A stretch of DNA of 64,000 nucleotides from a bacterium. GTDB lineage: Bacteria > UBA10199 > JADFYH01. Position 1 is the stretch's first letter; each line of letters opens with the position of its first letter. The stretch spans positions 291,390 through 355,389 of the forward strand of contig JAXMHI010000001.1 of assembly GCA_046346885.1 (NCBI GenBank), read 5' to 3'. Made by a program: the position numbers and the translations under genes. The notes beneath the pieces were generated by a model, which worked only from the letters and a program-made list of their open reading frames with translations, did no database searches and was not told where the DNA came from. Below, in pieces: positions 18,969 to 28,184 of the stretch.

Positions 18969-20549
18969 TCAGACGAACTTTTCGTCGATGAATTTGCGAA
19001 GCGCTTGAAGCTCCAACGGCACGCCGTATTTTTCCAGTTTATCATAGAGATTTCTCCGCGAGATGCCTAAGGCCCGGGCGGTATTTCCCTTGTGGTAACC
19101 CTGATCTCGCAGGGTGAGCAGGAGGCGTTCCATGTCGGGGTCCATTGTCTCGCGGGCGAGGGTTTTGCTAGTAGCCGTTTTGATCCCCTTCTTTTTTCCG
19201 AAGAGCACGGGCTTGAATTGCAGCGATTTGGTGTTGAGGGTGTCGTTCTCCACAAAAAGAACGGCCGTCTCCAAGGTGTTTTGCAGTTCGCGGATGTTTC
19301 CCGGCCAGGGATAATCCATGAAGACTCGAAGCACGTCGCTGTGCACGCGGATCATTTCCCTCTTTTCCCTCTCTGAAATCTTTTTCAAGAAATACTCGGT
19401 AAGTAAGGGAATATCTTCTTTTCTTTCCCTCAACGGGGGCAGCGGAACGGTGATGCCGTTCAAGCGAAAAAAGAGGTCTTCCCTGAATTTTTCTTCCTCC
19501 ACCCAGGCCTGCAGATCCTTGTTGGAGGCCGAGACGACGCGGACGTCCACCTTGATCACTTCGTTGGAGCCGATGGGACGGATTTCCCCTTCCTGAAGAA
19601 ACCGCAGCAGCTTGGCTTGCAGGTTGAGGCTCATGTCGGCGATCTCGTCTAAAAAGATCGTCCCCTTGTGGGCGTATTCCAAGATCCCCTTCTTGTCCCG
19701 GTCCGCGTGGGTGAAAGCTCCCTTCTTATGGCCGAAAAGCTCCGACTCTAGGAGCGTTTCTGGCAGCGCCGAACAATTTTCCGTCACGAAGGGGAATTTG
19801 GCGCGGGAGCTGTTGAAATGGAGGGCGCGGGCGATGGATTCCTTGCCCGTGCCCGATTCTCCGTAGATCCAAACGGGCACTTTCGATTCGGTGATCTTGT
19901 CGACGAGCGAGAGCACCTGAAGCATTCGGGGCGATCGCCCGACGATCTCGCTGTATTCGTGCTTGAGTTTCAAACGGTTTTCCGCCACTTCCCGTTCCAT
20001 TTGCTTGAGTTGGCCGGTTTGAGCTTCCACTTCCCGCGAGAGAGCTTCGATCATCTTCGCTTTCTGGAGGGCCAGTGCCGCCAGGTCGGAGAATGTTTTC
20101 AAGGCGGTCAAGGTTTCCGGGTCGATCAAGCCGCTCTCCAGAGGCTGGTCTAAGTAAAAGACGCCCATCACTTCATCTTTTCCAATCACCGGTAGAGCCA
20201 GTATCGATTTGAGTTGGTGGAGCTGCACGCTCTTCGCGTCGCGAAAGCGTGGATCGGCGAGGGCATTGTCGGTTAAGACCGCCTCTCCTTTCTCCATTGC
20301 CTCGCGGATGGCGGATAGGCTGATCTTGAATTCTTCCGATTCGAGGGCTTCTTTCGAGAAGTTTCGGGCGACGGACACGCTGAAACCGGGAAGCGCGCCG
20401 CCCTCTTCCGCGCTTTTTAAGACGAGGAAACCGTTTTGGGCATGGGCGAGTTCCAAGGCCGTGTCCATCAACCGATTCAAGACGCGTTCCATATCTTCTT
20501 CGTAAAGAAGTTCGCGGTTGAGCGATGAGAGGCGCTCGAGGATGTTCAT
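18969..20549 (-). CDS. GAF-sigma54 AAA+ transcriptional activator with Fis HTH
   Basis: GAF domain, GESGTGKE, GAFTHA, WPGNIRELQN, LGISRRNLYDKL. Confidence 0.92.
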   Translation of the reverse strand: MNILERLSSLNRELLYEEDMERVLNRLMDTALELAHAQNGFLVLKSAEEGGALPGFSVSVARNFSKEALESEEFKISLSAIREAMEKGEAVLTDNALADPRFRDAKSVQLHQLKSILALPVIGKDEVMGVFYLDQPLESGLIDPETLTALKTFSDLAALALQKAKMIEALSREVEAQTGQLKQMEREVAENRLKLKHEYSEIVGRSPRMLQVLSLVDKITESKVPVWIYGESGTGKESIARALHFNSSRAKFPFVTENCSALPETLLESELFGHKKGAFTHADRDKKGILEYAHKGTIFLDEIADMSLNLQAKLLRFLQEGEIRPIGSNEVIKVDVRVVSASNKDLQAWVEEEKFREDLFFRLNGITVPLPPLRERKEDIPLLTEYFLKKISEREKREMIRVHSDVLRVFMDYPWPGNIRELQNTLETAVLFVENDTLNTKSLQFKPVLFGKKKGIKTATSKTLARETMDPDMERLLLTLRDQGYHKGNTARALGISRRNLYDKLEKYGVPLELQALRKFIDEKFV

Positions 20550-20562
20550 GTTCCCTCCGTAT

Positions 20563-23500
20563 TTATTTTTTTAAAAACCATTTGCGGTAATCCGCCCGAT
20601 CTTCGAAGGAGACCTTCAAGGAGACGGGCAATTTTTCGTAAAAGCGTTTCAAGATTTCCGTAATCGCCTTCTCGTCTTTCGCTTCGCGCGCCAAGAATCG
20701 GAGAGCCAATTCTTGGTTCCAGAAACCGAAAAGGGGATCCGGGGGACGCGCGTCTTGCAGGGGGGCGTATTTTCCTTCTTTGAGTTCTAAAAGAAAATTT
20801 TCCGCTTCCCGTGCGGAAGGGGAAGGAGATTCCCCTTCCGCTTCGGCCAATTTTTGGAGATGTTCGCGGGCCGTCGAAAATTGGCCGACGGCCGTTTGGG
20901 CCATCGCCAGTTGGGCGAGGTTTTGAGCGAGATCCCCGGGGCTGCCCAAGGCGCGGAAGATTTCGTAGGCGCGGCTTAAATTTTGGAGGGCTTGCTCGAG
21001 ATTTCCGCGGCGCCGGTAAAGGACTCCGAGATTGTTCCAGACGGTAGCGAGATTGAGTTCGTCATCGTTCGTTTGGGCCAGCCGCACGGCTTCGCGGTAA
21101 GCGCATTCAGCGCCGTCCGCGTCCCCCTTTTCCATGCGGAGGTTTCCCTCTTGAAGGAGGGTGGCGAATTCTCCGGAGTAAGAACCGGACTTACGGTAAA
21201 GGTCTTTCGCCTCATTAAGTGAGCTTTCTACTTCTTCCCATTTTCCTTCCTCCGCCCAAACGGCGCTTAAGTTCCGGAGAAGCTCCGCTCGGCGGGGATC
21301 GTCGTCGCCCGCGAGCTTTAGCCCCGCCGATATATGCTCCTTCGACTTCTCCAGCCGACCGGCGCGGAGCTCGTGCATGCCCAAGAGAGAATGCGTATGA
21401 ATGAAATACGGAAGCGCTTCTGTTTCGGAAAGTTTTTTCCCAAGCTCCATTCCCTTCAAGAAACGTTTCGCGGCCTCTTCGTGCCGCCCCATGTTCTGGA
21501 GAATTCTCCCCGTAACGATCCAGTATTTAAGTTGCTTGATCTCGACGCTTTCGTCGGGTGCTCCTAAAGCAATGATTTCGTCACAGGCCCTTAAGGCTTC
21601 TTCGAAGCGCCCCAGCTCGTTTAAGAGATTGGCTTTTACCCTCAGCAGGCGGGAATTCTCGGAGGGGTCGTAAATCAGCTCGAGACTTTTTTGGATAAGG
21701 TCTAACGCTTCCAGCGTTTCCCCCTTTTCCCGTAATGTCTCCGTGACGCGTCTCGCCCAGAGGGCGACCGAATTTGCGTCCCGCAGGCTCAAGGCGTGAT
21801 GAAGTTTTTGCTCTTCGTGCCCTTCCCGGTTTTCGAGCGCGAGTTTCCATCGGTTGTGAAGTTCCATTTGTTCTTCCAGGGGGACGCCCTGTAGGAGCGT
21901 TGTTTCCAGGCCTGAAGTCGCCAAGCGGAATTCGCCGGTTTCCTTTTCGAAGAGAAGAAGTCTGCGGTTCGTCAACGCATCGAGGGAAGATTTTAAGGAT
22001 TCGCCGGAAGCGGAGGCCTTGCCCGCCGCTTCCTCCAATAGATTGAACCCCGCCGGAAAATGGGCAACCGCGAGGAGAAGGAGGAGGCGTTTTTCCTCCG
22101 GTGAGATCGATTGGAGACGCTCGAGCAACAGATCCTCGAAAGAATGCAGATGGCTAATGCGTTGAATCCATTCCTTTGAGAGGTGTTTTTTTCGGGTAAG
22201 CTGCATTTCTTGAAAGGCGTGGACCATTTCCAAGAGCATGCGGGGGTTACCTTGAGTTTGTCGCCAAAGCTCTTCTTTGCCGACGGAGGCCGCTTCTGTT
22301 CCGAGTGCCGCTTCCAAGAAGGAGAAGGTTTGTTCCCGGTTTAAATTTTGAAGGCGGATTTCTTCATCGCCCGGTTTTTGGGAGAGGTTTTGTAATAGTC
22401 GTCTTTTATCCTCGTTCAAACCGTCGTCGTTCCATTCGAAAACGGCAAGAAGATTGCGGGGGGATAGGTCGGGACGGAGGAGGAGGGCCAGCTCGGAAAG
22501 AGGCAATCGGTCCAAGTCATGAAAAAAGAAGGCATGAGGTTCGGAGAAAATTTCCGAACGAAGAGATTGCCACACGGACTTGAACCATCGGGGCGAGATC
22601 TCGTGGGTTTTGATCCCCGAAAGGGCGCATTGAAAGGCGATCTCCCGGATGAAGCGCTTTTTGCCCACTCCCGTAATGCCGTGAAGAAACAGAAAGAGGG
22701 AGTGGGCGGGAAGATTTTTCAATTTTTCCCCGACCCTTTGGAAAGCTTCTTCCGCACCCCACATTCGCGCCGGGTAATATTCGGAGGGTGCCGCCTTTTT
22801 TTCGAAAGATCCTCCGGATAAGGCATCGAGGGCTTCTCTTGCTTGGCCAAAGCGGTCTTTTAAATCGGTTTCGATCATCCGGTCGATCACGCGGGAAGGA
22901 AGGTTGAAATGGGAGACAAGCGCGGGGGCTGCTTCCAAAAGCGGTTTGGCCTTCGTGCGAATCATCTCTTGCAGGCTCCGGCAATGGGCCCGCGGGTGGG
23001 AGCCGCTCAATGCTTCGTAAAAAAGGGTGCCGAGCGAAAAGAGGTCGCTTGCCGGCAAGTTCTTGCCGTACACCCGCTCCGGGGCAAGATAGGGTAGGGT
23101 GCCCGCATTGAATTTCGCGGAACCTAAAAATGAAGTGGCGAGGCCGAAGTCGAGGAGCTTGAGCCGACCTTTTCGGTCGATCAAAATATTTCGTGGGGAA
23201 AGGTCGCCATGGAGGATCGATTGGGAATGAAGAAATTGAAGCGCCTCCAGGGCTTGGCGGAACCACTCGAGGATTTCTTCCGGCGGCGATTGAACGGCGG
23301 CGGTTAAAAGGTCTTCTCCGTCCACGTATTCCATCCAAAAACAGGGACCTTTTTCTTCGCCGAAAATCATTTCGCTTTGGGTGGAATAGCCCAACACGGA
23401 GGCTATGGCGGGGTGTCGGAGTTGAGTCAGTAGTTTCGCTTCTTGCTCAAAGAGGGGAAGCTGGCTTTTTTGGGATTCGTTTAAGATTTTAACGGCGACG

Positions 23501-23595
23501 GGTTTACCATCGGGAGAAAGGGCCTTATAAACTTCCCCCATGCCTCCCTCTCCCAGGCGGCAGATCACTTTCCAAGATGGGTGATTCGGATCCAT
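20563..23595 (-). CDS. Ser/Thr kinase-P-loop ATPase-TPR protein
   Basis: LGEGGMGEVY, VAVK, HGDLSPRN, DFG, APE; GITGVGK Walker A; TPR array. Confidence 0.9.
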   Translation of the reverse strand: MDPNHPSWKVICRLGEGGMGEVYKALSPDGKPVAVKILNESQKSQLPLFEQEAKLLTQLRHPAIASVLGYSTQSEMIFGEEKGPCFWMEYVDGEDLLTAAVQSPPEEILEWFRQALEALQFLHSQSILHGDLSPRNILIDRKGRLKLLDFGLATSFLGSAKFNAGTLPYLAPERVYGKNLPASDLFSLGTLFYEALSGSHPRAHCRSLQEMIRTKAKPLLEAAPALVSHFNLPSRVIDRMIETDLKDRFGQAREALDALSGGSFEKKAAPSEYYPARMWGAEEAFQRVGEKLKNLPAHSLFLFLHGITGVGKKRFIREIAFQCALSGIKTHEISPRWFKSVWQSLRSEIFSEPHAFFFHDLDRLPLSELALLLRPDLSPRNLLAVFEWNDDGLNEDKRRLLQNLSQKPGDEEIRLQNLNREQTFSFLEAALGTEAASVGKEELWRQTQGNPRMLLEMVHAFQEMQLTRKKHLSKEWIQRISHLHSFEDLLLERLQSISPEEKRLLLLLAVAHFPAGFNLLEEAAGKASASGESLKSSLDALTNRRLLLFEKETGEFRLATSGLETTLLQGVPLEEQMELHNRWKLALENREGHEEQKLHHALSLRDANSVALWARRVTETLREKGETLEALDLIQKSLELIYDPSENSRLLRVKANLLNELGRFEEALRACDEIIALGAPDESVEIKQLKYWIVTGRILQNMGRHEEAAKRFLKGMELGKKLSETEALPYFIHTHSLLGMHELRAGRLEKSKEHISAGLKLAGDDDPRRAELLRNLSAVWAEEGKWEEVESSLNEAKDLYRKSGSYSGEFATLLQEGNLRMEKGDADGAECAYREAVRLAQTNDDELNLATVWNNLGVLYRRRGNLEQALQNLSRAYEIFRALGSPGDLAQNLAQLAMAQTAVGQFSTAREHLQKLAEAEGESPSPSAREAENFLLELKEGKYAPLQDARPPDPLFGFWNQELALRFLAREAKDEKAITEILKRFYEKLPVSLKVSFEDRADYRKWFLKK

Positions 23596-23716
23596 ACCCC
23601 CCCTTCACAATAAAAGATAGCACAATATGTAATATTTAAAAACTCAATTTGTGCCAATGGTGTGTGTGTTTCGTGCCGATTTTTTAAAAAAATTAATAAT
23701 TTCAAATAGATTTAAT

Positions 23717-23733
23717 ATGGCACCCGCTTTGCT
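23717..23733 (+). promoter_or_regulatory. Sigma-54 promoter (-24/-12)
   Basis: ATGGCACCCGCTTTGCT, a near-consensus TGGCAC-N5-TTGC, about 30 nt upstream of the lipoprotein start. Confidence 0.8.
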
Positions 23734-23762
23734 TTTAGTACGAGCGTTTGAAAGGGAGGTGC

Positions 23763-24674
23763 ATGAGCATGTTTGAAAAATCATTTTTTGTTTTTTTTAT
23801 TATCGTTCTTTTAACGGGATGCACGGGGGGAGTTTTCCCAACTAATAAAACGACAGATGAGAAATCATCCTCCGTTCAGGGTTTGGCTCTCCATCCGCCG
23901 AACCAGCTTACGTCCGCCTCGAGCGACGTTTCCGGTCTTCCGAAGGAAAAAGAGACGAAAGACGGGGACGAAAAAGTGAAAGATGTTTCGTGGGAATTGG
24001 AAAAAGCCCATGCGGAATACGCAAAAGTGTTGGACGAGCCCAAGATCGACGCGGCTTTCGTGCGGGAGAAATGGAACAAAAATTTAGATTCTCTCTCGGC
24101 GAGAGAGGTGACTTCGAATGTGGAAAATTTCAATCGTTTCTTGGCGTTCGTCCAGCAAGCCGATCCGCTCCTTTCGGCGGATCTTTATTATGCGAGGCAA
24201 TGGCGTTCGCATGCGGCAGAAGAATTAAAGACCGGCCAAGCGGAGCCATTTCTTAACTCGGTCGAATGGCTTCAAAAGACCAACCAAATGGCTCGGGAAA
24301 AAATATTGAGGGCCGCGCGGATCTACGGGATCAAGATACAGGCGGTGGAAGTCACCGCCATGGCTGGGGAAGCGGACGTCTTTGCCCAACCGGTAATTGA
24401 AAAAGTGAAAACTTTTTCCGGCTACTTCAAAGACGGCACTTATTGGATTGAATATTTAAAGCGAGTCCGGACTGACTTTCAGCAGCTATTTACTTCGGTG
24501 ACTTTGACACTCGAAAAAGAGAATGGAGAATCTGCCAAAATCTCTTTCGAGAATTTCAAAGTCTATATTTTTCCCGTGGACGAAAAGGGCGGCTACTCTC
24601 TCTTTTCCTTCGAGTCAGGCCAAGGCGCTTATGGAGCGGTCGCGACCGATCTCGTCGGTTGGAATGTGGAATAA
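23763..24674 (+). CDS. Lipoprotein of unknown function
   Basis: GGGAGG RBS then ATG 23763; lipobox LLTGC. Confidence 0.8.
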   Translation: MSMFEKSFFVFFIIVLLTGCTGGVFPTNKTTDEKSSSVQGLALHPPNQLTSASSDVSGLPKEKETKDGDEKVKDVSWELEKAHAEYAKVLDEPKIDAAFVREKWNKNLDSLSAREVTSNVENFNRFLAFVQQADPLLSADLYYARQWRSHAAEELKTGQAEPFLNSVEWLQKTNQMAREKILRAARIYGIKIQAVEVTAMAGEADVFAQPVIEKVKTFSGYFKDGTYWIEYLKRVRTDFQQLFTSVTLTLEKENGESAKISFENFKVYIFPVDEKGGYSLFSFESGQGAYGAVATDLVGWNVE

Positions 24675-24700
24675 AAAACATGTTTAAATAGAGGTAAACC

Positions 24701-24913
24701 ATGCCAATCATCAACCGGTCTCATTGCAGTGCATATCCTTCTCCCTTCGATCCTCCCTCCCACGTGATTTCGAGGGCTCCCCATTCGGGAAATCACCCTT
24801 CCTCGCCTTCTTCTTCCGCGGGAACGACGCCGTCTCCGGCTTCGACGCTTCCGCCTCCCAGTCCTTCCGCATGGCTCCCTCGGCCGGGAATCAATCAACG
24901 AAAAATCGGTTGA
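24701..24913 (+). CDS. Small Pro/Ser-rich protein, 70 aa
   Basis: GAGGT RBS 5 nt before ATG; fills the gap between the lipoprotein gene and the terminator. Confidence 0.45.
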   Translation: MPIINRSHCSAYPSPFDPPSHVISRAPHSGNHPSSPSSSAGTTPSPASTLPPPSPSAWLPRPGINQRKIG

Positions 24914-24923
24914 GAGAAAAACA

Positions 24924-24958
24924 AAAACCCCGTCCTATCGATACAAGGGCGGGGTTTT
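24924..24958. terminator. Bidirectional intrinsic terminator
   Basis: AAAACCCCGTCCT-N9-AGGGCGGGGTTTT between convergent genes. Confidence 0.8.
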
Positions 24959-24987
24959 AAAAGCGGTGGATTTTTGATCCAGTTTAA

Positions 24988-25503
24988 TTATGGAACAAAG
25001 AGAGTGCCACCGTTGTTGTAAGGAGGATAGTAGCCGGGTCCATATCCCGGACCGTAGCCATAACCGCCATAAGCACCGGGAGGGGGAACTTGACCCGGAA
25101 TCGCCGTGTTAAAAAACATTCCTCCCCGAGGGGATCTGCCGGGCGCCATGTTGTAAAAAGAAGCGCCTACTTGGGAGGGAGCCGCATAACCACCGGGAGA
25201 ACCATAACCTCCCCCATACCCGCCGCCGTACCCATAATTTGCCACGGGGGGATAGTAGTAATAGTAATAATTGGGAACCCCCACCGAAACCGAATTGGGG
25301 TAATTTTGTGGAGGAGGGGTTTGTACTAAAGGAAGAGTGGGAGATTTTTCCGTCGCGTTATATTCTACGTCTCCCGAAGGAGCCGCTTGAGAGGGACCGT
25401 AATAGGTCCTCTTCTTGGTTTTCGCCTCGGCACTTGCGGCCGAGATCAACAATGAAACCCCCATCGCCACTGCCAGTGTCACCGTCCAACCTCTGGTTCT
25501 CAT
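24988..25503 (-). CDS. Exported Gly/Tyr/Pro-rich protein
   Basis: Signal peptide ending ASAEA; GYGGGYG and PGYGPGYY low complexity; AGGAG RBS. Confidence 0.7.
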   Translation of the reverse strand: MRTRGWTVTLAVAMGVSLLISAASAEAKTKKRTYYGPSQAAPSGDVEYNATEKSPTLPLVQTPPPQNYPNSVSVGVPNYYYYYYPPVANYGYGGGYGGGYGSPGGYAAPSQVGASFYNMAPGRSPRGGMFFNTAIPGQVPPPGAYGGYGYGPGYGPGYYPPYNNGGTLFVP

Positions 25504-25697
25504 TTCACGACTCCTTTCGTAAGAAACGTACCCCTTACATTCCCATTTTAAAATACGCCTTGTCTTCTACAAAGCCTTTTAAAGGAAACGGCCTGAAATT
25601 CAATAAAGTTTTGGCCCATTTCCCTAACTCCCACCATTGAAAATACCCCTTTGACATTGTATGACAAGTTTTTTAGCCACCTATTGAAGGAGATCCC

Positions 25698-26057
25698 ATG
25701 CCCTCGCAAGCTTCCAAGAATTTAGAGACCTTTCTCAACCCTTACCCTGGACGGGATTACGAAATTACCATGGAATGTCCAGAGTTTACCTGTTTATGCC
25801 CTAAAACCGGCCAGCCCGATTTTGCTACCCTTCACCTCCGTTATTTCCCGAAAAATCTCTGCATTGAACTCAAATCCCTGAAACTCTATTTATGGTCTTA
25901 CCGCAACGAAGGGGCCTTCCATGAAGCCGTTACCAATCAAATTTTAGATGATTTGGTAGATGCCTGTAAGCCTCAATTCATGGAGGTGGTGGCCGACTTT
26001 TACGTTCGTGGGGGTATTTATACGACCGTCCGAGCGATCCACGGTTCCGAACCTTAA
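25698..26057 (+). CDS. queF: NADPH-dependent preQ0 reductase
   Basis: [26 protein letters not shown] and RGGI motifs. Confidence 0.95.
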   Translation: MPSQASKNLETFLNPYPGRDYEITMECPEFTCLCPKTGQPDFATLHLRYFPKNLCIELKSLKLYLWSYRNEGAFHEAVTNQILDDLVDACKPQFMEVVADFYVRGGIYTTVRAIHGSEP

Positions 26058-26110
26058 AAACGAGCCCTTTCGCTGTACAAGTATCGGAAGACCCGCTACT
26101 TTGGCGGCCC

Positions 26111-27364
26111 ATGTCTTCTCCCTTAAAAATTGCGGTGATCGGTGGCGGTACCGCAGGCCCGGCGGCCGCTTTATTTTTGAATCGCTTAGGCCATCAAGTC
26201 ACCCTTTACGAACGCGTTGCCGAGGCCTCTCCCGTGGGGGCCGGTGTGCTTTTGCAACCGACCGGGCTCCAAGTGCTTTCCGAATTGGGCCTTCTGGAAC
26301 CGATTCTCGACCATGGCGCCCCCGTTCAACAGTTGCTCAGCCAAACGCCGTCGAAAATTTCCCTCCTCGATCTTCATTATTCCGAATTGAAACCCGGTCT
26401 GCACGGCATCGGTATCCATCGGGGGGTGCTTTGCCATTATCTCTTCAACGCCCTTTACCAAGACAATATCGAAGTGGTTTGGGGCTGCCCGATTGTGGAA
26501 ATTAAAACGGTGAAAGAGGGAGTGATTTTGAAGAATGGAAAGGGAAATTCCTTGGGCCCTTTCCATTTCGCCGTCATCGCCGACGGGGCCCGCTCCGCCT
26601 TGAGAGATTCGTTGGGTATCGTCAAAAAATCCGAAGAATATCCGTGGGGAGCCTTATGGTGGATCGGGATTGACCGAGACCGACGATTTAAAGATTGCTT
26701 GTTTCAAGTCGTGGAGGGCACCGAGAAAATGGTGGGTTTCCTTCCCACCGGTTTAAGCCTCGCCGATCGCAAGCCCTTGGTGAGTTTTTTCTGGAGCGTG
26801 CACCAGCGCGAGAGGAATTTTTTGGAAAACTACGACCTAAGGAAATGGAAGAAAGAGGTCTTGCGTTTGGTGCCTAAGGCCCAAGAGTTGATGGATCAAA
26901 TCAACCATCCCGGCCAGCTGACCTATGCCCCCTATTTTGACGTGGTGATGAAACCCTGGCATACGCCAAACGTGATCGTCATCGGCGACGCCGCTCACGC
27001 GATGAGTCCTCAATTGGGGCAAGGGGTGAATCTGGGCCTCTATGATGCCATGGTTTTGGGTGAGTGCTTCCGCGAGAAAAAAGATATTAAAGAAGCGTTC
27101 GCCATTTATTCTCGCCTGCGGCGCCATCACCTAAGATTCTACCAATTCATTACGCGCTGGCTCACCCCGTTTTTCCAATCGTCCCATACGAGCCTCGGTT
27201 GGCTACGTAATTCTTCCTTCCAAGTCTTCAACGGCATTGCTCCCATCCGTAAACAGATGATCCGTTCGATGGCCGGCTTAAAGCGGGGTTTCTTGAGAAA
27301 GAGCCTTCCTTGCTTCGAGATGCCTTCCTCTATTTCCTCCGATAAACGATCTTTCGGATCTTGA
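26111..27364 (+). CDS. FAD-dependent monooxygenase
   Basis: GGGTAG, ADGARS and IGDAAHAMSPQLGQGVN fingerprints. Confidence 0.9.
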   Translation: MSSPLKIAVIGGGTAGPAAALFLNRLGHQVTLYERVAEASPVGAGVLLQPTGLQVLSELGLLEPILDHGAPVQQLLSQTPSKISLLDLHYSELKPGLHGIGIHRGVLCHYLFNALYQDNIEVVWGCPIVEIKTVKEGVILKNGKGNSLGPFHFAVIADGARSALRDSLGIVKKSEEYPWGALWWIGIDRDRRFKDCLFQVVEGTEKMVGFLPTGLSLADRKPLVSFFWSVHQRERNFLENYDLRKWKKEVLRLVPKAQELMDQINHPGQLTYAPYFDVVMKPWHTPNVIVIGDAAHAMSPQLGQGVNLGLYDAMVLGECFREKKDIKEAFAIYSRLRRHHLRFYQFITRWLTPFFQSSHTSLGWLRNSSFQVFNGIAPIRKQMIRSMAGLKRGFLRKSLPCFEMPSSISSDKRSFGS

Positions 27365-28184
27365 TTCCCTCTTCCGGCGCATGGAGCGTATTTTCCTCCA
27401 AGCGGTAAAGGGAAAGTGGGAAAGGTTCTATCTCTTGCGTGAAGGAAAGCAATTGAATGCGTCGTGGAAGCGTCTTTTCCAGGAGAGAATTGAGAGGTGG
27501 GATGATTTCCTCGGCGGTTAAGTTTCCTTCAAAACTTGCATAAGAAGACGGTGCTTCGGGAGTGACGTGGAGCGCCGCATAGCGCTCGTCCTTCAGTAAG
27601 TTCAGGGAATAACCCATCGGATCGAACGCATGCTCGTTTTCGAGAGCGCCGGAAATCGCCGAGTCCCATCCCAATTTTCGGAAGATGGATGTCTTCGCCT
27701 TTGAAGTTTCCGGTGCGAAAAAAGATTGCGAGGATTCGTCCAGCCCCTCCAGGGTCCATTTCCATCGTGGAGAATTCAGGTTTCCGTTCGACGCCCAGAA
27801 AAAAGGAGCGCCTTCATTTCCTAAAAGGATCGAGCGAGTTTTCGGGAGATTTTTGAAAAAACGCTCGTCTTCCGAATCGTGAAGCGGCGTCTCGAAGGAG
27901 AAAACCGCGGGAAGGCGAGAAAGGGACTCCGAAGTGATTTGTCGAAAGGCGCGATGCAACTCGCTCCGGCCGCAAGTGATCATCACGATCCGTCGGTCCC
28001 AAACGAATAAGCTCGATTCGGAGAGAAGATAGGCATCGCAAGAAATACCGGAAAAGCGCGATAAAACCCTCGCGCGGCTTTTCGCCACTACTTCTTCCCA
28101 AAAGGTTCGAGAAAGTCCCCGCAAGGCGAGGGACGAATCCTCCCAGTAAGCTTCCAAACGTTTTTCGAGAGCTTGAAAGCTCAT
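27330..28184 (-). CDS. speD: S-adenosylmethionine decarboxylase proenzyme, eukaryote-like class
   Basis: EKRLE, AYLLSESSLFV (E-S self-cleavage site), ITCG, FDPMGYSLN, LHVTPE..SYASFE. Confidence 0.85.
   Translation of the reverse strand: MSFQALEKRLEAYWEDSSLALRGLSRTFWEEVVAKSRARVLSRFSGISCDAYLLSESSLFVWDRRIVMITCGRSELHRAFRQITSESLSRLPAVFSFETPLHDSEDERFFKNLPKTRSILLGNEGAPFFWASNGNLNSPRWKWTLEGLDESSQSFFAPETSKAKTSIFRKLGWDSAISGALENEHAFDPMGYSLNLLKDERYAALHVTPEAPSSYASFEGNLTAEEIIPPLNSLLEKTLPRRIQLLSFTQEIEPFPLSLYRLEENTLHAPEEGIKIRKIVYRRK

Noticed and set aside
23640-23660. Minus-strand TTGGCAC as a sigma-54 promoter for the kinase gene
   Set aside because: The -12 position reads GT, not GC; treated as part of the direct-repeat site.
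25504-25697. Possible preQ1 riboswitch upstream of queF
   Set aside because: No recognisable preQ1 stem or A-rich tail; only a TTGACA -35-like box is present.
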